From contig CAVTDB010000002.1 of the NCBI GenBank assembly GCA_963733375.1, forward strand, positions 32,390-96,389: a DNA stretch of 64,000 bases. Direction: 5' to 3'. Numbering within the stretch: the first letter of the stretch is position 1; each line of letters begins with the position of its first letter. The notes under the pieces were generated by a model that made no database searches, had not been told where the DNA came from, and saw only the letters and a program-made list of their open reading frames with translations. Origin of the DNA: Nitrospirota bacterium. GTDB taxonomy: Bacteria > Nitrospirota > JACRHJ01. Position numbers and translations under genes: made by a program. Positions 8,283-18,484 of this stretch are shown piece after piece.

Positions 8283-8982
8283 TTATTTTCCGCCGCCGAA
8301 TACGGCGAAGATGCCGTTTTTGTAGTAGCAGTCCACGCCTTTAAAGCCGAGACGGCTCAGCATGTCAAGCTGGCTTCTTGAGGGTGTCGGGCTTGTTGTC
8401 CTGGTTTTCCTTGTACATGTTTACGAAGTTCAGGCGGTCCTCGGACCCCGTCCTGTCCACCCACTCGCGCCATATATCGAGATACCATTTCTCAAGCTCT
8501 TCCGAGGGGGAAAGGACGGCGTCTATATTGACGAAGTATCCGCCTGCTTTAAGGCTGTCTCTGATATAAGCGTAGAGGTCTTCCTTCTCCTCATACGTAA
8601 GGTGGTGTATGGCGAGCGAGGAGAATATGAAATCGAACTCCGGCAGGTCGTGCTTCCCGCCGATGATCTCCTGGAAGCTCGCATTGACAAACTCCACGCG
8701 TTTGCCGTGAAGGCCGTTTTTCGCCTTCTTCAGCATGTCCTCGGAGCCGTCGATGAGCATCACGGAGAAGTTTGAGAACTCCTTCATCAGTTCGTGCGCC
8801 AGCGTGCCGTCCCCGCAGCCCAGGTCGAGCACGTCCACATGCTCCCTGTCCGCCAGGAAATGCCCGTAAAAGGATTTCAGGACTCCGATGAGCCTTTGAC
8901 GCTCAAGGATCATGTTTTCGGCGTTATTTGCGTAGTGGTCCGAAAATTCCGGGTCCGCCCAGCGGGAGTCCTTATAGCTCAC
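8283..8982 (-). CDS. Class I SAM-dependent methyltransferase (CmoA-like), C-terminal frameshift
   Basis: VLDLGCGDG, SSLAIHHL; continues in another frame as GFKGVDCYYKNGIFAVFGG. Confidence 0.85.
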
Positions 8983-9625
8983 GAGTGCACACTCCTTTGA
9001 AGCTGAGGCGGTGGATGGGGCATGGCCCGTGCTTTTTGAGGGCCTCCAGGTGCGTCATGCAGCCGTAGCCCTTGTGTCCGGCGAAGCCGTACTGGGGATA
9101 TTCCATGTCGTAGCGGACCATCATGCGGTCGCGGGTGGTCTTTGCGATTATGGACGCGGCGGCTATCGTCGCGCTCCTTGCGTCGCCTTTTATTACCGAG
9201 CGCTGCGGGATGTCCAGATCAATGCTCATGGCGTCAAGTAAGATGAAATCCGGCGGGTTTATCAGGTCCTGCACGGCCAGGAGCATCGCCTTTCTCGCGG
9301 CCTGCAAGATATTGATTTTGTCTATCTCGCCCGCATCGACTATGCCTACCCCGAAATCGTAAGACTCGGCGCAAATGAGGGTGCACAGCGTGTCGCGCTG
9401 GCGTTCGGTAAGCTTCTTGGAGTCGTTGACGTCCGGGATTACCTGGCCGGGCTTGAGTATCACGCAGCCCGCGACGACAGGACCGGCCAACGGCCCGCGC
9501 CCCGCCTCGTCCACTCCGGCGATATGGAGGTAGCCCTGCCCCGCCAGGTCCGTCTCAAAAAAATAAAGGGACGGCACAAGGCCCTCCCCGAAATCGAATC
9601 CGGACTGCATTTTACTGTACGACAT
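8972..9625 (-). CDS. rnhB: Ribonuclease HII
   Basis: IAGVDEAGRGPLAGPVVA, DSKKL, IAAASIIAK, HKGYG. Confidence 0.97.
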   Translation of the reverse strand: MSYSKMQSGFDFGEGLVPSLYFFETDLAGQGYLHIAGVDEAGRGPLAGPVVAGCVILKPGQVIPDVNDSKKLTERQRDTLCTLICAESYDFGVGIVDAGEIDKINILQAARKAMLLAVQDLINPPDFILLDAMSIDLDIPQRSVIKGDARSATIAAASIIAKTTRDRMMVRYDMEYPQYGFAGHKGYGCMTHLEALKKHGPCPIHRLSFKGVCTREL

Positions 9626-9648
9626 ATTACCTGCTTCCGGACCGTTTA

Positions 9649-9684
9649 AAAGTTTTTGGCGTTACCTTTTTCCAAAAAGGTAAC
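9649..9684. repeat. Palindromic repeat family 2 (GTTACCTTTTT-AAAAAGGTAAC), single unit
   Basis: AAAGTTTTTGGCGTTACCTTTTTCCAAAAAGGTAAC, identical at 10255 and 46709. Confidence 0.9.
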
Positions 9685-9693
9685 AGGTTTAAT

Positions 9694-10164
9694 TTACTTC
9701 TTTGCCGCCTTCGGAGCCTTAGGAGCCTTCGGAGCTTTCGGAGCCTTAGCGGGTTTTTCGGCCTTCACGGGTTTCTCGGCCTTTTTCTTTGCCGTTGCCG
9801 CCGCTTTGCCCGCGCCTTCCGGCTTATACTCTTTCTCTTTTATCCTGGTTGCCTTGCCGGAGAGCTCGCGCAGATAGAAGAGCTTCGCCCTGGCCACCTT
9901 GCCGCGCTTGGCGACCTTGATGTCGGCGATCAGCGGGGAGTGGAGGGGTATAATCCTCTCGACGCCTTCGCCGTAGCTGATCTTGCGCACGGTGAAAGTC
10001 TCGCGGCTTCCGCCGCCGGTTTTGGCGATGCAGACGCCCTCGAATACCTGGATGCGCTCTTTTTCGCCTTCTCTTACCTTAAGGGAAACCTTCAAGGTGT
10101 CCCCGATGGCGAAATCGGGGGTCGTCCTCATGTGTTCTTTTTCTATGGAATCGAGGATATTCAT
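9694..10164 (-). CDS. rplS: 50S ribosomal protein L19 with Lys/Ala/Pro-rich tail
   Basis: [35 protein letters not shown]. Confidence 0.97.
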   Translation of the reverse strand: MNILDSIEKEHMRTTPDFAIGDTLKVSLKVREGEKERIQVFEGVCIAKTGGGSRETFTVRKISYGEGVERIIPLHSPLIADIKVAKRGKVARAKLFYLRELSGKATRIKEKEYKPEGAGKAAATAKKKAEKPVKAEKPAKAPKAPKAPKAPKAAKK

Positions 10165-10196
10165 TTCTTCTAAAACCTCCTTATAAAATTAAGTTC

Positions 10197-10290
10197 GTTA
10201 CTTTTCTTTCGAGAAAGAAAAGTAACCAAAAGAAAGCTGGGCTGTTTTAACCTGAAAGTTTTTGGCGTTACCTTTTTCCAAAAAGGTAAC
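10197..10290. repeat. Palindromic repeat family 2, paired unit
   Basis: GTTACTTTTCTTTCGAGAAAGAAAAGTAAC + spacer + GTTACCTTTTTCCAAAAAGGTAAC. Confidence 0.9.
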
Positions 10291-10318
10291 GGTTTACTCG
10301 CGAAAAGAGCCGTTCATA

Positions 10319-10879
10319 TTACCGTTCCCCAACCAGCCTGTCAAGTATAATCGCCGCCGCGGAACGCACCGGCAGGTGGTTATACCCCTTCCCGCCCCGG
10401 ATGGGCGAGAGCCTGTAGTCGCAGCCAGCGATGAACTCTTCCGTCAGGCCCCAGCCCGTCCCGAAGGCTATGACGCATGGGCCGCTGTCTATAATTTCAC
10501 GCGCCGCGTCGAAACTTATCGTGCCTCCGGCCCCCTGGCCTTCACGCGCGGCAGTTGCGATGACTTTCGGGACGGCCCCCGTCTTTCCCTTTATTTCCGC
10601 AAGCGCGTCGGATAAATCCGGCACGACCTCTATCATCTGCAGGGCCTCGCCCCGGTTGGGGTTGTAACCCGCGCCGAAACCATGCGTCCAGTGCCGGATT
10701 ATCTTCCCGGCCAGTTCCCTTTGCGCGGGCATCGGGTTTATTATGTAATATCCGGCCAGCCCGTATGTCTTCGCGACCCGCGCCATGTCGTGCAGGTCGA
10801 GGTTAGTTATCGCGGTTGACACTATCTCGCCGTTTTTGTTCCTGACGGGGTAGTGGAGCAGTGCAATGTATAAGTTCAA
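10319..10879 (-). CDS. SPOUT-family RNA methyltransferase (TrmD-associated)
   Basis: LYIALLHYPV, TNLDLHD, FGTGWGL, YNHLPVRSAAAIILDRL. Confidence 0.9.
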   Translation of the reverse strand: MNLYIALLHYPVRNKNGEIVSTAITNLDLHDMARVAKTYGLAGYYIINPMPAQRELAGKIIRHWTHGFGAGYNPNRGEALQMIEVVPDLSDALAEIKGKTGAVPKVIATAAREGQGAGGTISFDAAREIIDSGPCVIAFGTGWGLTEEFIAGCDYRLSPIRGGKGYNHLPVRSAAAIILDRLVGER

Positions 10880-10891
10880 AATTTATTCGCC

Positions 10892-10994
10892 GTCATTCCC
10901 GCGAAATGACTTGCCTGTCCAGAGCGACAGCGAAGACAGAAGGCGGGAATCCAGAGTTTTAAAATTCCTGGATACCCGTCTTCACGGGTATGAC
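10892..10994. repeat. REP-like palindromic repeat, family 1, copy 3 (with nested 36-nt module)
   Basis: GTCATTCCCGCGA[36 nt]AGGCGGGAATCCAG...CTGGATACCCGTCTTCACGGGTATGAC. Confidence 0.85.
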
Positions 10995-11015
10995 GAACAC
11001 AATCTCCGCAGTTAA

Positions 11016-11765
11016 TTAATCCCTCGTTTTCCAGCAATCCTCAATTTCCAGTTCATCAATCAGCTTTTTATCTTCCGCCGTCAGCGTCGCCTTCTCTAAA
11101 AGGTCGGGCCGCTTGCTCATAGTGGCCCGGAGCGCCTCTTTGCGCCGCCAGCGGCGTATCTCGGCGTGGTTCCCGGAGAGGAGCACGTCCGGCACCTGTA
11201 GGCCCCGATACTCCGCCGGGCGCGTATAGTGCGGGTAGTCCAGAAGGCCGTCGTAAAACGAATCGAGCCCCGCGGACTCCTCGTCCCCAAGCACCCCCGG
11301 GATTAACCTTGCCGTGGCCTCGATTACAGCGGCGGCGGCAATCTCTCCGCCGGAGAGGACGAAATCGCCTAAAGACAACTCCTCGTCCGCCAGCGACCGG
11401 ACCCGCTCGTCAATCCCTTCGTAGCGTCCGCATATGAATATGAGCTTCCGCGTCTCTTTTGAAAGCTCCAGCGCCTTTTCGTGGTTGAACGCCGGCCCCT
11501 GGGGCGACATCAGCACAACTTTTACTGCCCCTGCTCCCTGCGCCGCCGCTTCCACCGCCTCGAACACGGGTTCCGGCTTCATCACCATGCCCGGCCCCCC
11601 GCCGAACGGGGCGTCGTCCGCCGTCTTGTGTCTATCTTTGGTGAAATCGCGGATGTCGGTTACTTTTATTTTTACAAGACCCTTTTCCGCCGCGCGCTTT
11701 AATATGCTGTCGCCGACCGCGGCTTCCACTATTTTAGGGAAAAGGGTAAGGACCTCGCAATTCAT
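11016..11765 (-). CDS. trmD: tRNA (guanine37-N1)-methyltransferase
   Basis: DDAPFGGGPGMVM, CGRYEGIDER, SLGDFVLSGGE, PHYTRP. Confidence 0.98.
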   Translation of the reverse strand: MNCEVLTLFPKIVEAAVGDSILKRAAEKGLVKIKVTDIRDFTKDRHKTADDAPFGGGPGMVMKPEPVFEAVEAAAQGAGAVKVVLMSPQGPAFNHEKALELSKETRKLIFICGRYEGIDERVRSLADEELSLGDFVLSGGEIAAAAVIEATARLIPGVLGDEESAGLDSFYDGLLDYPHYTRPAEYRGLQVPDVLLSGNHAEIRRWRRKEALRATMSKRPDLLEKATLTAEDKKLIDELEIEDCWKTRD

Positions 11766-12331
11766 TCGGGGATATAGCCCTTCATCGGGCGCAGTTTAAT
11801 CTTCCCGCCTTTAACGTCTATTTCTTCCACCGTTTCGTCGGTAACGGGTATAAGGAACTCCTCGCGCCTGTCCCCCTTGGCCCCCTTGCCGCCTTCGACC
11901 CCCTGCCCGGTTACGACGTAGACGTCTTTTTCGCCCGCATCTATTATGTCGCTGACTTTTCCCAGCAACCTTCCGCGGCTGGTATAGACCTCTAGGCCCA
12001 GCACCTGGAACTGGTAAAACTCGCCTTCGGGAAGGGGCGGCACGTCCGATTCCGGGACGAACAGCTCTTTACCCCGGAAACCTTCCGCCTTCTCGATAGA
12101 GTCTATTCCATCGAAAAATACGGCGATGTCACGGCCAGCGGCCCTGCTGGCCCTTACCGTGAGCGGCAGGGCCTTCTCCGCCGGCCCGCCCGCCCAGACA
12201 GTTGCCCCTTCGGAGTAGCGGTCCGGGTTATCCGTGAGGGGCTTTATTTTAAGCTCCCCCTTCAGCCCGATAGTCTTCAGTACGATACCGACCAGGACCC
12301 GGGTTTCTATTCCAGTATCTCCAGGACGCAC
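11762..12331 (-). CDS. rimM: 16S rRNA processing protein RimM
   Basis: [13 protein letters not shown]...LGLEV, PRC-barrel; conserved operon position. Confidence 0.93.
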   Translation of the reverse strand: MRPGDTGIETRVLVGIVLKTIGLKGELKIKPLTDNPDRYSEGATVWAGGPAEKALPLTVRASRAAGRDIAVFFDGIDSIEKAEGFRGKELFVPESDVPPLPEGEFYQFQVLGLEVYTSRGRLLGKVSDIIDAGEKDVYVVTGQGVEGGKGAKGDRREEFLIPVTDETVEEIDVKGGKIKLRPMKGYIPE

Positions 12332-12537
12332 CTTTTTCCAATCTTCGTACCAGCGGCGTTGAGGATGGTGCGCATGGCGCGGGCCGTCTTGCCCTCTTTG
12401 CCTATCACCTTCCCCAGGTCCGTCTGGGCGACCCTCAGCTCGATTACGGTGGTTTTCTCTCCCTCGACCTCGGCGACGCTGACTTGCTCCGGGTTATCGA
12501 CCAGAGCCTTCGCGATGATCTCGATTAAGTCCTTCAT
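12307..12537 (-). CDS. khpA: KH-domain RNA-binding protein KhpA
   Basis: [18 protein letters not shown], between rpsP and rimM. Confidence 0.93.
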   Translation of the reverse strand: MKDLIEIIAKALVDNPEQVSVAEVEGEKTTVIELRVAQTDLGKVIGKEGKTARAMRTILNAAGTKIGKRCVLEILE

Positions 12538-12588
12538 ATCCCACCTCCGCTGGTAGTGGCCGTGTCGTCAGATCGCAGTCCTTTTTCT

Positions 12589-12859
12589 TTAGGAAGCCTT
12601 GGGAGTATCTTCGGACTTCAGGATTCCGGATTGCTTTATGAGCGATTTCGCCGTATCCGAGGGAGTCGCGCCTTTAGCAAGCCACGATACGATCTTCTCA
12701 CGGTCAAGCTCGATTAAAGCCGGCTTGACCAGAGGGTCGTACGTGCCGAGTATGTCCAGGAAGCGCCCGTCGCGCGGAGCAGCGCGAGTCCGCGGCCACC
12801 ATCCTGTAAAACGGCGCCTTGTGAGTCCCTTTACGCGTGAGCCTAATTCTTACCGCCAT
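12589..12859 (-). CDS. rpsP: 30S ribosomal protein S16 (frameshifted, absent from ORF track)
   Basis: MAVRIRLTRKGTHKAPFYRMVAADSR...RDGRFLDILGTYDP...WLAKGATPSDTAKSL. Confidence 0.93.
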
Positions 12860-12885
12860 CCAAATCACCTCCTGAGTTAAAAATA

Positions 12886-14214
12886 CTACCCGAACATCCC
12901 CCTGCCAAGACGGAGTTTTCCGCCGGGGCGGGAGAGCATCTTCATCATCTTGCGGGTCTCCGCGAACTGCTTTAATAGCCGGTTCACTTCCTGCACCTGC
13001 GTCCCGCTTCCCTTTGCTATGCGTTTTCGCCTGTTGCCGTTGATTAAATTCGCGTTCCTGCGCTCTTTTGCCGTCATCGAGTTTATTATGCCGACGATGC
13101 GGTCCACCTCGCGGTCGTCCACGTTAGCCATCGCGCTTTTGAATTTGCCCAGCCCGGGTATCATACCCATGAGCTGGTCTAGCGGCCCCAGCTTTTTTAC
13201 CTGCAGCAACTGTACCCGGAAGTCCTCCAGCGTGAATTCACCCTGGCGGAGCTTCGATTCCAGGTCCTTGGCTTCCTCTACGGTTACTTCCTGCTGCGCC
13301 TTTTCAATGAGCGAGAGGACGTCTCCCATCCCGAGTATCCGGGAGGCCACCCTGTCCGGGTAGAACGGCTCCAGGGCGTCGAGCTTCTCGCCCATGCCCA
13401 CGAACTTTATTGGCCGGCCGGTAACCGCGCGTATCGAAAGGGCCGCGCCGCCTCTGGCGTCGCCGTCCATCTTGGTCAGGATAACGCCAGTAAGCGAGAG
13501 CTTCTCGTCGAAGGCGGACGCCGCCTTCACCGCGTCCTGGCCGGTCATGGAGTCCGCGACGAACAGCACTTCGTCCGGGACCACCGCCGCCTTGACGTGG
13601 ATTAGCTGGTCCATCAGGGCTTCGTCTATATGCAGACGCCCTGCGGTATCCATTATTACCACGCCGAACGCGCCGCTTCTTGCCCTGTCCAGCCCCCGCT
13701 TGCAGACGGAGACCGGGTCCTCGCCCGGCTGGGACTCCTCGACCTCTACCCCGAGCTGGCGTCCAAGGGTGACCAGCTGGTCGATAGCCGCCGGCCTCTG
13801 GGTATCCGCCGCGACAAGCAGGGTTTTTCGGCCGTCCTTCTTGAACATCCGCGCGAGCTTGCCGGTGGTGGTGGTCTTGCCGGAGCCCTGAAGGCCCACC
13901 ATCATCACCACCGTCGGCCTGTTCGGGACGAGCTGTATGCGGGTAACCGTCTCGCCCATCATCGTTACCAGCTCGTCGTAAACTATCTTTACGACCTGCT
14001 GGCCGGGGGAGAGGCTCTCCAGCACACCCGCGCCTACCGCCTTCACGCGGACGGACTCGACGAACTCCTTGACAACCTTGAAATTAACGTCCGCTTCGAG
14101 CAGGGCCATCCGTACTTCGCGGAGCGCTTCCGATACGTCCGCCTCGGTCAGGAACCCCCTGCCCTTCAGCTTTTTAAATACATTTTCGAGTTTTTCGGAA
14201 AGACTCTCAAACAT
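12886..14214 (-). CDS. ffh: Signal recognition particle protein Ffh
   Basis: GLQGSGKTTT, DTAGR, TKMDGDARGG, M domain. Confidence 0.98.
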   Translation of the reverse strand: MFESLSEKLENVFKKLKGRGFLTEADVSEALREVRMALLEADVNFKVVKEFVESVRVKAVGAGVLESLSPGQQVVKIVYDELVTMMGETVTRIQLVPNRPTVVMMVGLQGSGKTTTTGKLARMFKKDGRKTLLVAADTQRPAAIDQLVTLGRQLGVEVEESQPGEDPVSVCKRGLDRARSGAFGVVIMDTAGRLHIDEALMDQLIHVKAAVVPDEVLFVADSMTGQDAVKAASAFDEKLSLTGVILTKMDGDARGGAALSIRAVTGRPIKFVGMGEKLDALEPFYPDRVASRILGMGDVLSLIEKAQQEVTVEEAKDLESKLRQGEFTLEDFRVQLLQVKKLGPLDQLMGMIPGLGKFKSAMANVDDREVDRIVGIINSMTAKERRNANLINGNRRKRIAKGSGTQVQEVNRLLKQFAETRKMMKMLSRPGGKLRLGRGMFG

Positions 14215-14465
14215 CCGTAATCACCTGAACTTAAGTATTATATCACTCTTGCGCACACGCCGCAAAAGGGCGCACGAAGCCCTTTACCCCTGATACGGGA
14301 AAAATGGATTTTATTAGAGCACGGGGGAAATGTCAAGGAGATAATGGAAAACGCCGGCCGGCATATCCTTAATATACACGATGCCTGTTTTTTTATTCTT
14401 GACTGGGGGCCCTCATATGGGGCAACATCTAATTCTCATGAAATAACCGCAAAAGACGTCCAATT

Positions 14466-15726
14466 ATGTTTATGTCCGGCATTACAAAAAGGATCACCGA
14501 TCTCCCGCTAAGCCTCTTCGGACGCACGGCTTTCCGCTCCCTTTACAGGAACAAGATGCGGAGCTCGCTGTCTGCAATCGGGATTGCCGTCGGCATCGCC
14601 GCCGTAGTCTGCGTGGTCGCCATCGGCTCGGCCGGCTCGCAGCAAGCCGAACAGCAGCTCCAGAACCTGGGGGATAACCTCATATGGATCGAGGCGGGCT
14701 CCCGGAACGTGAACGGGGTGCGCTCCGGCAGCTCACGGGATGACTTCCCTTAACATGGAAGACGTGGAGGCAATCGCAAGCCAGATACCGCTAATCAAAA
14801 GCGTTTCCCCGAATGTGGACGGGACCGTGGGCATCATCGCGGGAGACAAGAACTGGACCACGCATTACCGAGGCGTCACCCCGGAATACTTTGATATAAA
14901 GCGTTGGCCGGTTGCGGAAGGGGCGCCGTTCACGGACTCGGACGTCTTGCATAGCGCCAATGTCGTCCTGCTCGGACAAACGGCGCGTGAGGAGCTTTTC
15001 GGGGCGGACGACCCGGTCGGCCGGCATGTCCGGATAAATAAAATGTTATTCACGGTAGTCGGCGTGCTGTCCGTGAAGGGCCAGACAAGCACCGGGCAGG
15101 ACCAGGACGACGCCGTCATCATGCCCTATACCACGGTGCAGAGGAAACTGCGGGGCCAGGGTTTCACCTGGCTGGACGACATCTTTTGTTCGGCAGTCTC
15201 AAGAGAAGACGCCGAACCGGCTATTGACCGCATTACCGCCCTGCTTCGCCAGCGGCATCACATCCAGCCAGGCCAAGCGGACGACTTCAACATCCGCCAC
15301 CCGGACGAGACGATAAAGGCCCTGCTTGCCGCCAAACAGACTCTCGAAATGTTCCTAATCAGCGTCGCTTCGATTGCGCTTCTTGTCGGCGGTATAGGCA
15401 TCATGAACGTGATGCTTGCGTCGGTGGCCGAGCGGACGCGGGAAATCGGCATACGCCTCTCCGTCGGGGCCACGACACGCGATATACAGATTCAGTTCCT
15501 GGCGGAGGCAGTCATGCTGGGCCTGTTCGGCGGCCTGGTCGGAGTCCTGGCAGGTGTCGCGGGCTCTTTCATCTTGGGATATGTCTTCGGATGGGCCATG
15601 TCCATCCCCCCGGAAGCCTTGATAGTCGCACCACTATTCGCAATCGGAGTCGGCGTCTCCTCCGGCTTCTACCCCGCCTGGAAGGCGTCTCAGCTCGACC
15701 CGATTACCGCCCTGCGGCTGGAGTGA
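14466..15726 (+). CDS. MacB/FtsX-family ABC transporter permease (frameshift near 14740)
   Basis: RNKMRSSLSAIGIAVGIAAV; LLVGGIGIMNVMLASVAERTREIGIR; YPAWKASQLDPITALR. Confidence 0.9.
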
Positions 15727-15734
15727 ATAGACTG

Positions 15735-16679
15735 CTACCCGCCAACAATCGCTTTGAACTCCGGGTCGGTGCGGTAAGCCTCAAACGTATGTACGGTGCT
15801 AAGAATTTGTTTAAGCTCAGGTTTTTCCGCAACCAATGTCCTGACCAGTGCGAGCATCTTGTCTCGCTCGCCGAGCAATGCGTATGCCCCGGCGGCGAAG
15901 TCGTCCTTGTCGTCTTCTTTAAGAAGGTTGTTCAGGATTGCCCTCGCTTTGTCCGCATCGCCTGATCCATTTCTCTTTTGACGAGCACGGGCAATATTTA
16001 ATCTCAAAGGGCGGTTTTCAGGTTCAAGTTCCAACAATTTCTCATAGCATTCAACGGCGTCAGCACTGTCGCCGCCCAAGCCGCATATGCGTATTGCCTC
16101 TTCGTGTTTGCCGAGTTTGCTAAGCGCGAAGCCCTTCTTGAAGTATGCGGCCGCATTTTTCGAATCGAGCGCGAGGCCCTTGTCGTATTCGGCGATTGCC
16201 TCCTCATATTTGCCCTGTTCACCGAGGCGGTTGCCCTCCAGTAAGTGTTCGATTGCTTTAGATTTTTCTTCGGATGATTTGGCTTCTTTCGCCGAGGCTT
16301 CTGCTTCTTCACGGATTCGCCTAATCCGGTCGTACTCGTCCCTGGCCATCGATAGTAATTCCTTCGCTTCTTTGTCAGTTCTCCCTACTTTTACAATTGA
16401 ATACGCATTGAGCAAGGTCAATACTGCAATAATCCCAAGTATGATAGTCCAGTCGCGTTCCGAAGAGTCGTGATATTGAGTTGCAATTGTCTTATAGAAA
16501 TCAGTTTCACGCCGCGTTTGAGAAAGATTTGAATCCATAGTTCTATTAATCCGCTCTTCAAACGCTTTGAGGTCGTCTCTGTTAATAGGCGCAGGTTCTT
16601 TTGCTAATGCACTATGCGCGTAGTGAAGTGCGAAGACCATAACAAAAAACACCGCGAACAAAATGCCGAGCTTCTTCAT
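15735..16679 (-). CDS. Membrane-anchored TPR protein
   Basis: Signal peptide, one TM helix, coiled coil, TPRs (GKYEEAIAEYDKGLALDSKNAAAY). Confidence 0.8.
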   Translation of the reverse strand: MKKLGILFAVFFVMVFALHYAHSALAKEPAPINRDDLKAFEERINRTMDSNLSQTRRETDFYKTIATQYHDSSERDWTIILGIIAVLTLLNAYSIVKVGRTDKEAKELLSMARDEYDRIRRIREEAEASAKEAKSSEEKSKAIEHLLEGNRLGEQGKYEEAIAEYDKGLALDSKNAAAYFKKGFALSKLGKHEEAIRICGLGGDSADAVECYEKLLELEPENRPLRLNIARARQKRNGSGDADKARAILNNLLKEDDKDDFAAGAYALLGERDKMLALVRTLVAEKPELKQILSTVHTFEAYRTDPEFKAIVGG

Positions 16680-16827
16680 CCTTCTCCTTATAAGCGTGAC
16701 AAAGGGAAATTTGTTTTGCCTGATACTACTCGCACGAATATTGCGATGTCAAGAAAAACGCGGGGCATAAAAAGGACTTGAAATATTTCTCTGTGAGACA
16801 TATAATTTGTATGTATGGAGAATACAT

Positions 16828-17046
16828 ATGAAAACAACTCTAAACATACCGGATGAACTGCTGGACGAGATAAAATCGGTTTTCGGGGCCAGGTTTAGGA
16901 CGGACGTGGTTTGCGACGCCCTGGAACAATACCTGATGCAAAAACGCCGGGAGAACCTCCTTGGTCTTAAGGGTAAACTGTCTCTGGCGGATTTCACGGA
17001 AGAACTTGAGGCGGCGGAACTGAAGGAAGATAAGTGGACCCGGTAA
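16828..17046 (+). CDS. vapB: VapB-family antitoxin
   Basis: MKTTLNIPDELL...LLGLKGK; promoter TTGAAA-N17-TATAAT at 16778-16806 and a palindromic operator-like sequence upstream. Confidence 0.85.
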   Translation: MKTTLNIPDELLDEIKSVFGARFRTDVVCDALEQYLMQKRRENLLGLKGKLSLADFTEELEAAELKEDKWTR

Positions 17047-17415
17047 TAATAGACAGTCTCCATCTGGATAGAGTTCTTCAATAAAGACACGGAAATTTCC
17101 CGGAAAGCGGCGGGTCTTATAGAGGATGGCAGGGCCACCATCGCCGGGCCAATTTTATACGAGGTCTTGCAGGGCACGCGCTCGAAGGATGAGCAGGAGG
17201 TCGTACTCTCCGCGCTCCTCGGGGTAACGATGGTGGCGATAAATACCCAGCTTTGGATAAAGGCGGCGGAAATTTCCTCGGCCCTCAGGAAAAGAGGAAT
17301 TACCATACCGATGTCGGACATAGTTATTGCCGCCGCCGCGATCGAGCGCGGTTATTCGGTGTTCACCTCCGATGCGCATTTCAAGAAGGTGCCCGGGGTA
17401 AAACTGGTCCACTAA
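17034..17415 (+). CDS. vapC: VapC PIN-domain toxin (frameshift near 5' end)
   Basis: VIID(S)SIWIEFF, ILYEVLQG, SDIVIAAAA, TSDAHF. Confidence 0.88.
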
Positions 17416-17781
17416 TTCCGCTCTTAATAGCTCTTCCTGCTCCGCGCGCCAACTCATCATTTCTTAATGCCAATCCACATATAAATGGCTTATCCGGCGA
17501 ATTTCGGCGGGTATCGAAAAACGGCCAATTTAACCGCTTTTGACGCTGTTTTAGGGGGTAAGGGAGGGGTTTTGGAGGCACCCATTTTAAAGTGGACGTG
17601 AACGGATTAAACCTTATTTTGCTAATAGTTACATTAAATATTTACCCATTTTCGCGGGACGAAAAAATCACTCGACCATTTTTGCAACTGATTGAAATCT
17701 AAGTACTTTTTTTCGCGGTTTCGCCGGGTTTCCCTATCCCTGCGCCATATAATAAGCAACTATTTATTTGAGGCGGAAAAT

Positions 17782-18450
17782 TTATTCCGCCCGTATCCCC
17801 TTCACCTGGTCCTTGAACTGTTTTATCGTCTTTTTATAATCACTTGTACCGAAAACCGCGCTCCCGGCGACAAGGATGTCCGCGCCGGATTCGGCCACTT
17901 CCTTTGCGTTTCCTATCTTTATCCCGCCGTCCACTTCCAGGACCACGTCCATGCCCCGCATGTCTATCTCCACCCGCGCGCCGGATATTTTCTCCATGCA
18001 ATTCGGGATGAACTCCTGCCCGCCGAAGCCCGGATTTACGGACATGATAAGCAGTAAATCCATGTACTCCCATACCCAGTCCAGGTCGCAAAGCGGAGTC
18101 GAAGGATTGAGCGCGACCCCGGCCTTCACACCCTGCTCGCTTATCAGGGCAAGCGTGCGGTTCAAATGTATGGACGCCTCCGAGTGGACCGTCAGGTAAT
18201 CCGCGCCCGCATGCGCGAATTCATGAATGAATTTCTCCGGTTCCACTATCATCAGGTGCACGTCTATCGGGAGCGAAGTCGCCTTCCTGACCGCCTGCAC
18301 GACCTTCGGCCCGATGGTAATATTCGGCACGAACCGCCCGTCCATGACGTCCACGTGAATGATGTCCGCGCCCGCCTTCTCTACCGCTTTTATCTCCTCC
18401 TCCAGCCTGCCGAAATCCGACGACAGTATGGACGGCGCAATACTTACCAT
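17782..18450 (-). CDS. rpe: Ribulose-phosphate 3-epimerase
   Basis: IAPSILSSDF, HVDVMDGRFVPNITIG, MSVNPGFGGQ, VDGG. Confidence 0.97.
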   Translation of the reverse strand: MVSIAPSILSSDFGRLEEEIKAVEKAGADIIHVDVMDGRFVPNITIGPKVVQAVRKATSLPIDVHLMIVEPEKFIHEFAHAGADYLTVHSEASIHLNRTLALISEQGVKAGVALNPSTPLCDLDWVWEYMDLLLIMSVNPGFGGQEFIPNCMEKISGARVEIDMRGMDVVLEVDGGIKIGNAKEVAESGADILVAGSAVFGTSDYKKTIKQFKDQVKGIRAE

Positions 18451-18484
18451 CTCATCCCCTCCCATGATTTAAGACCGTACTCGT

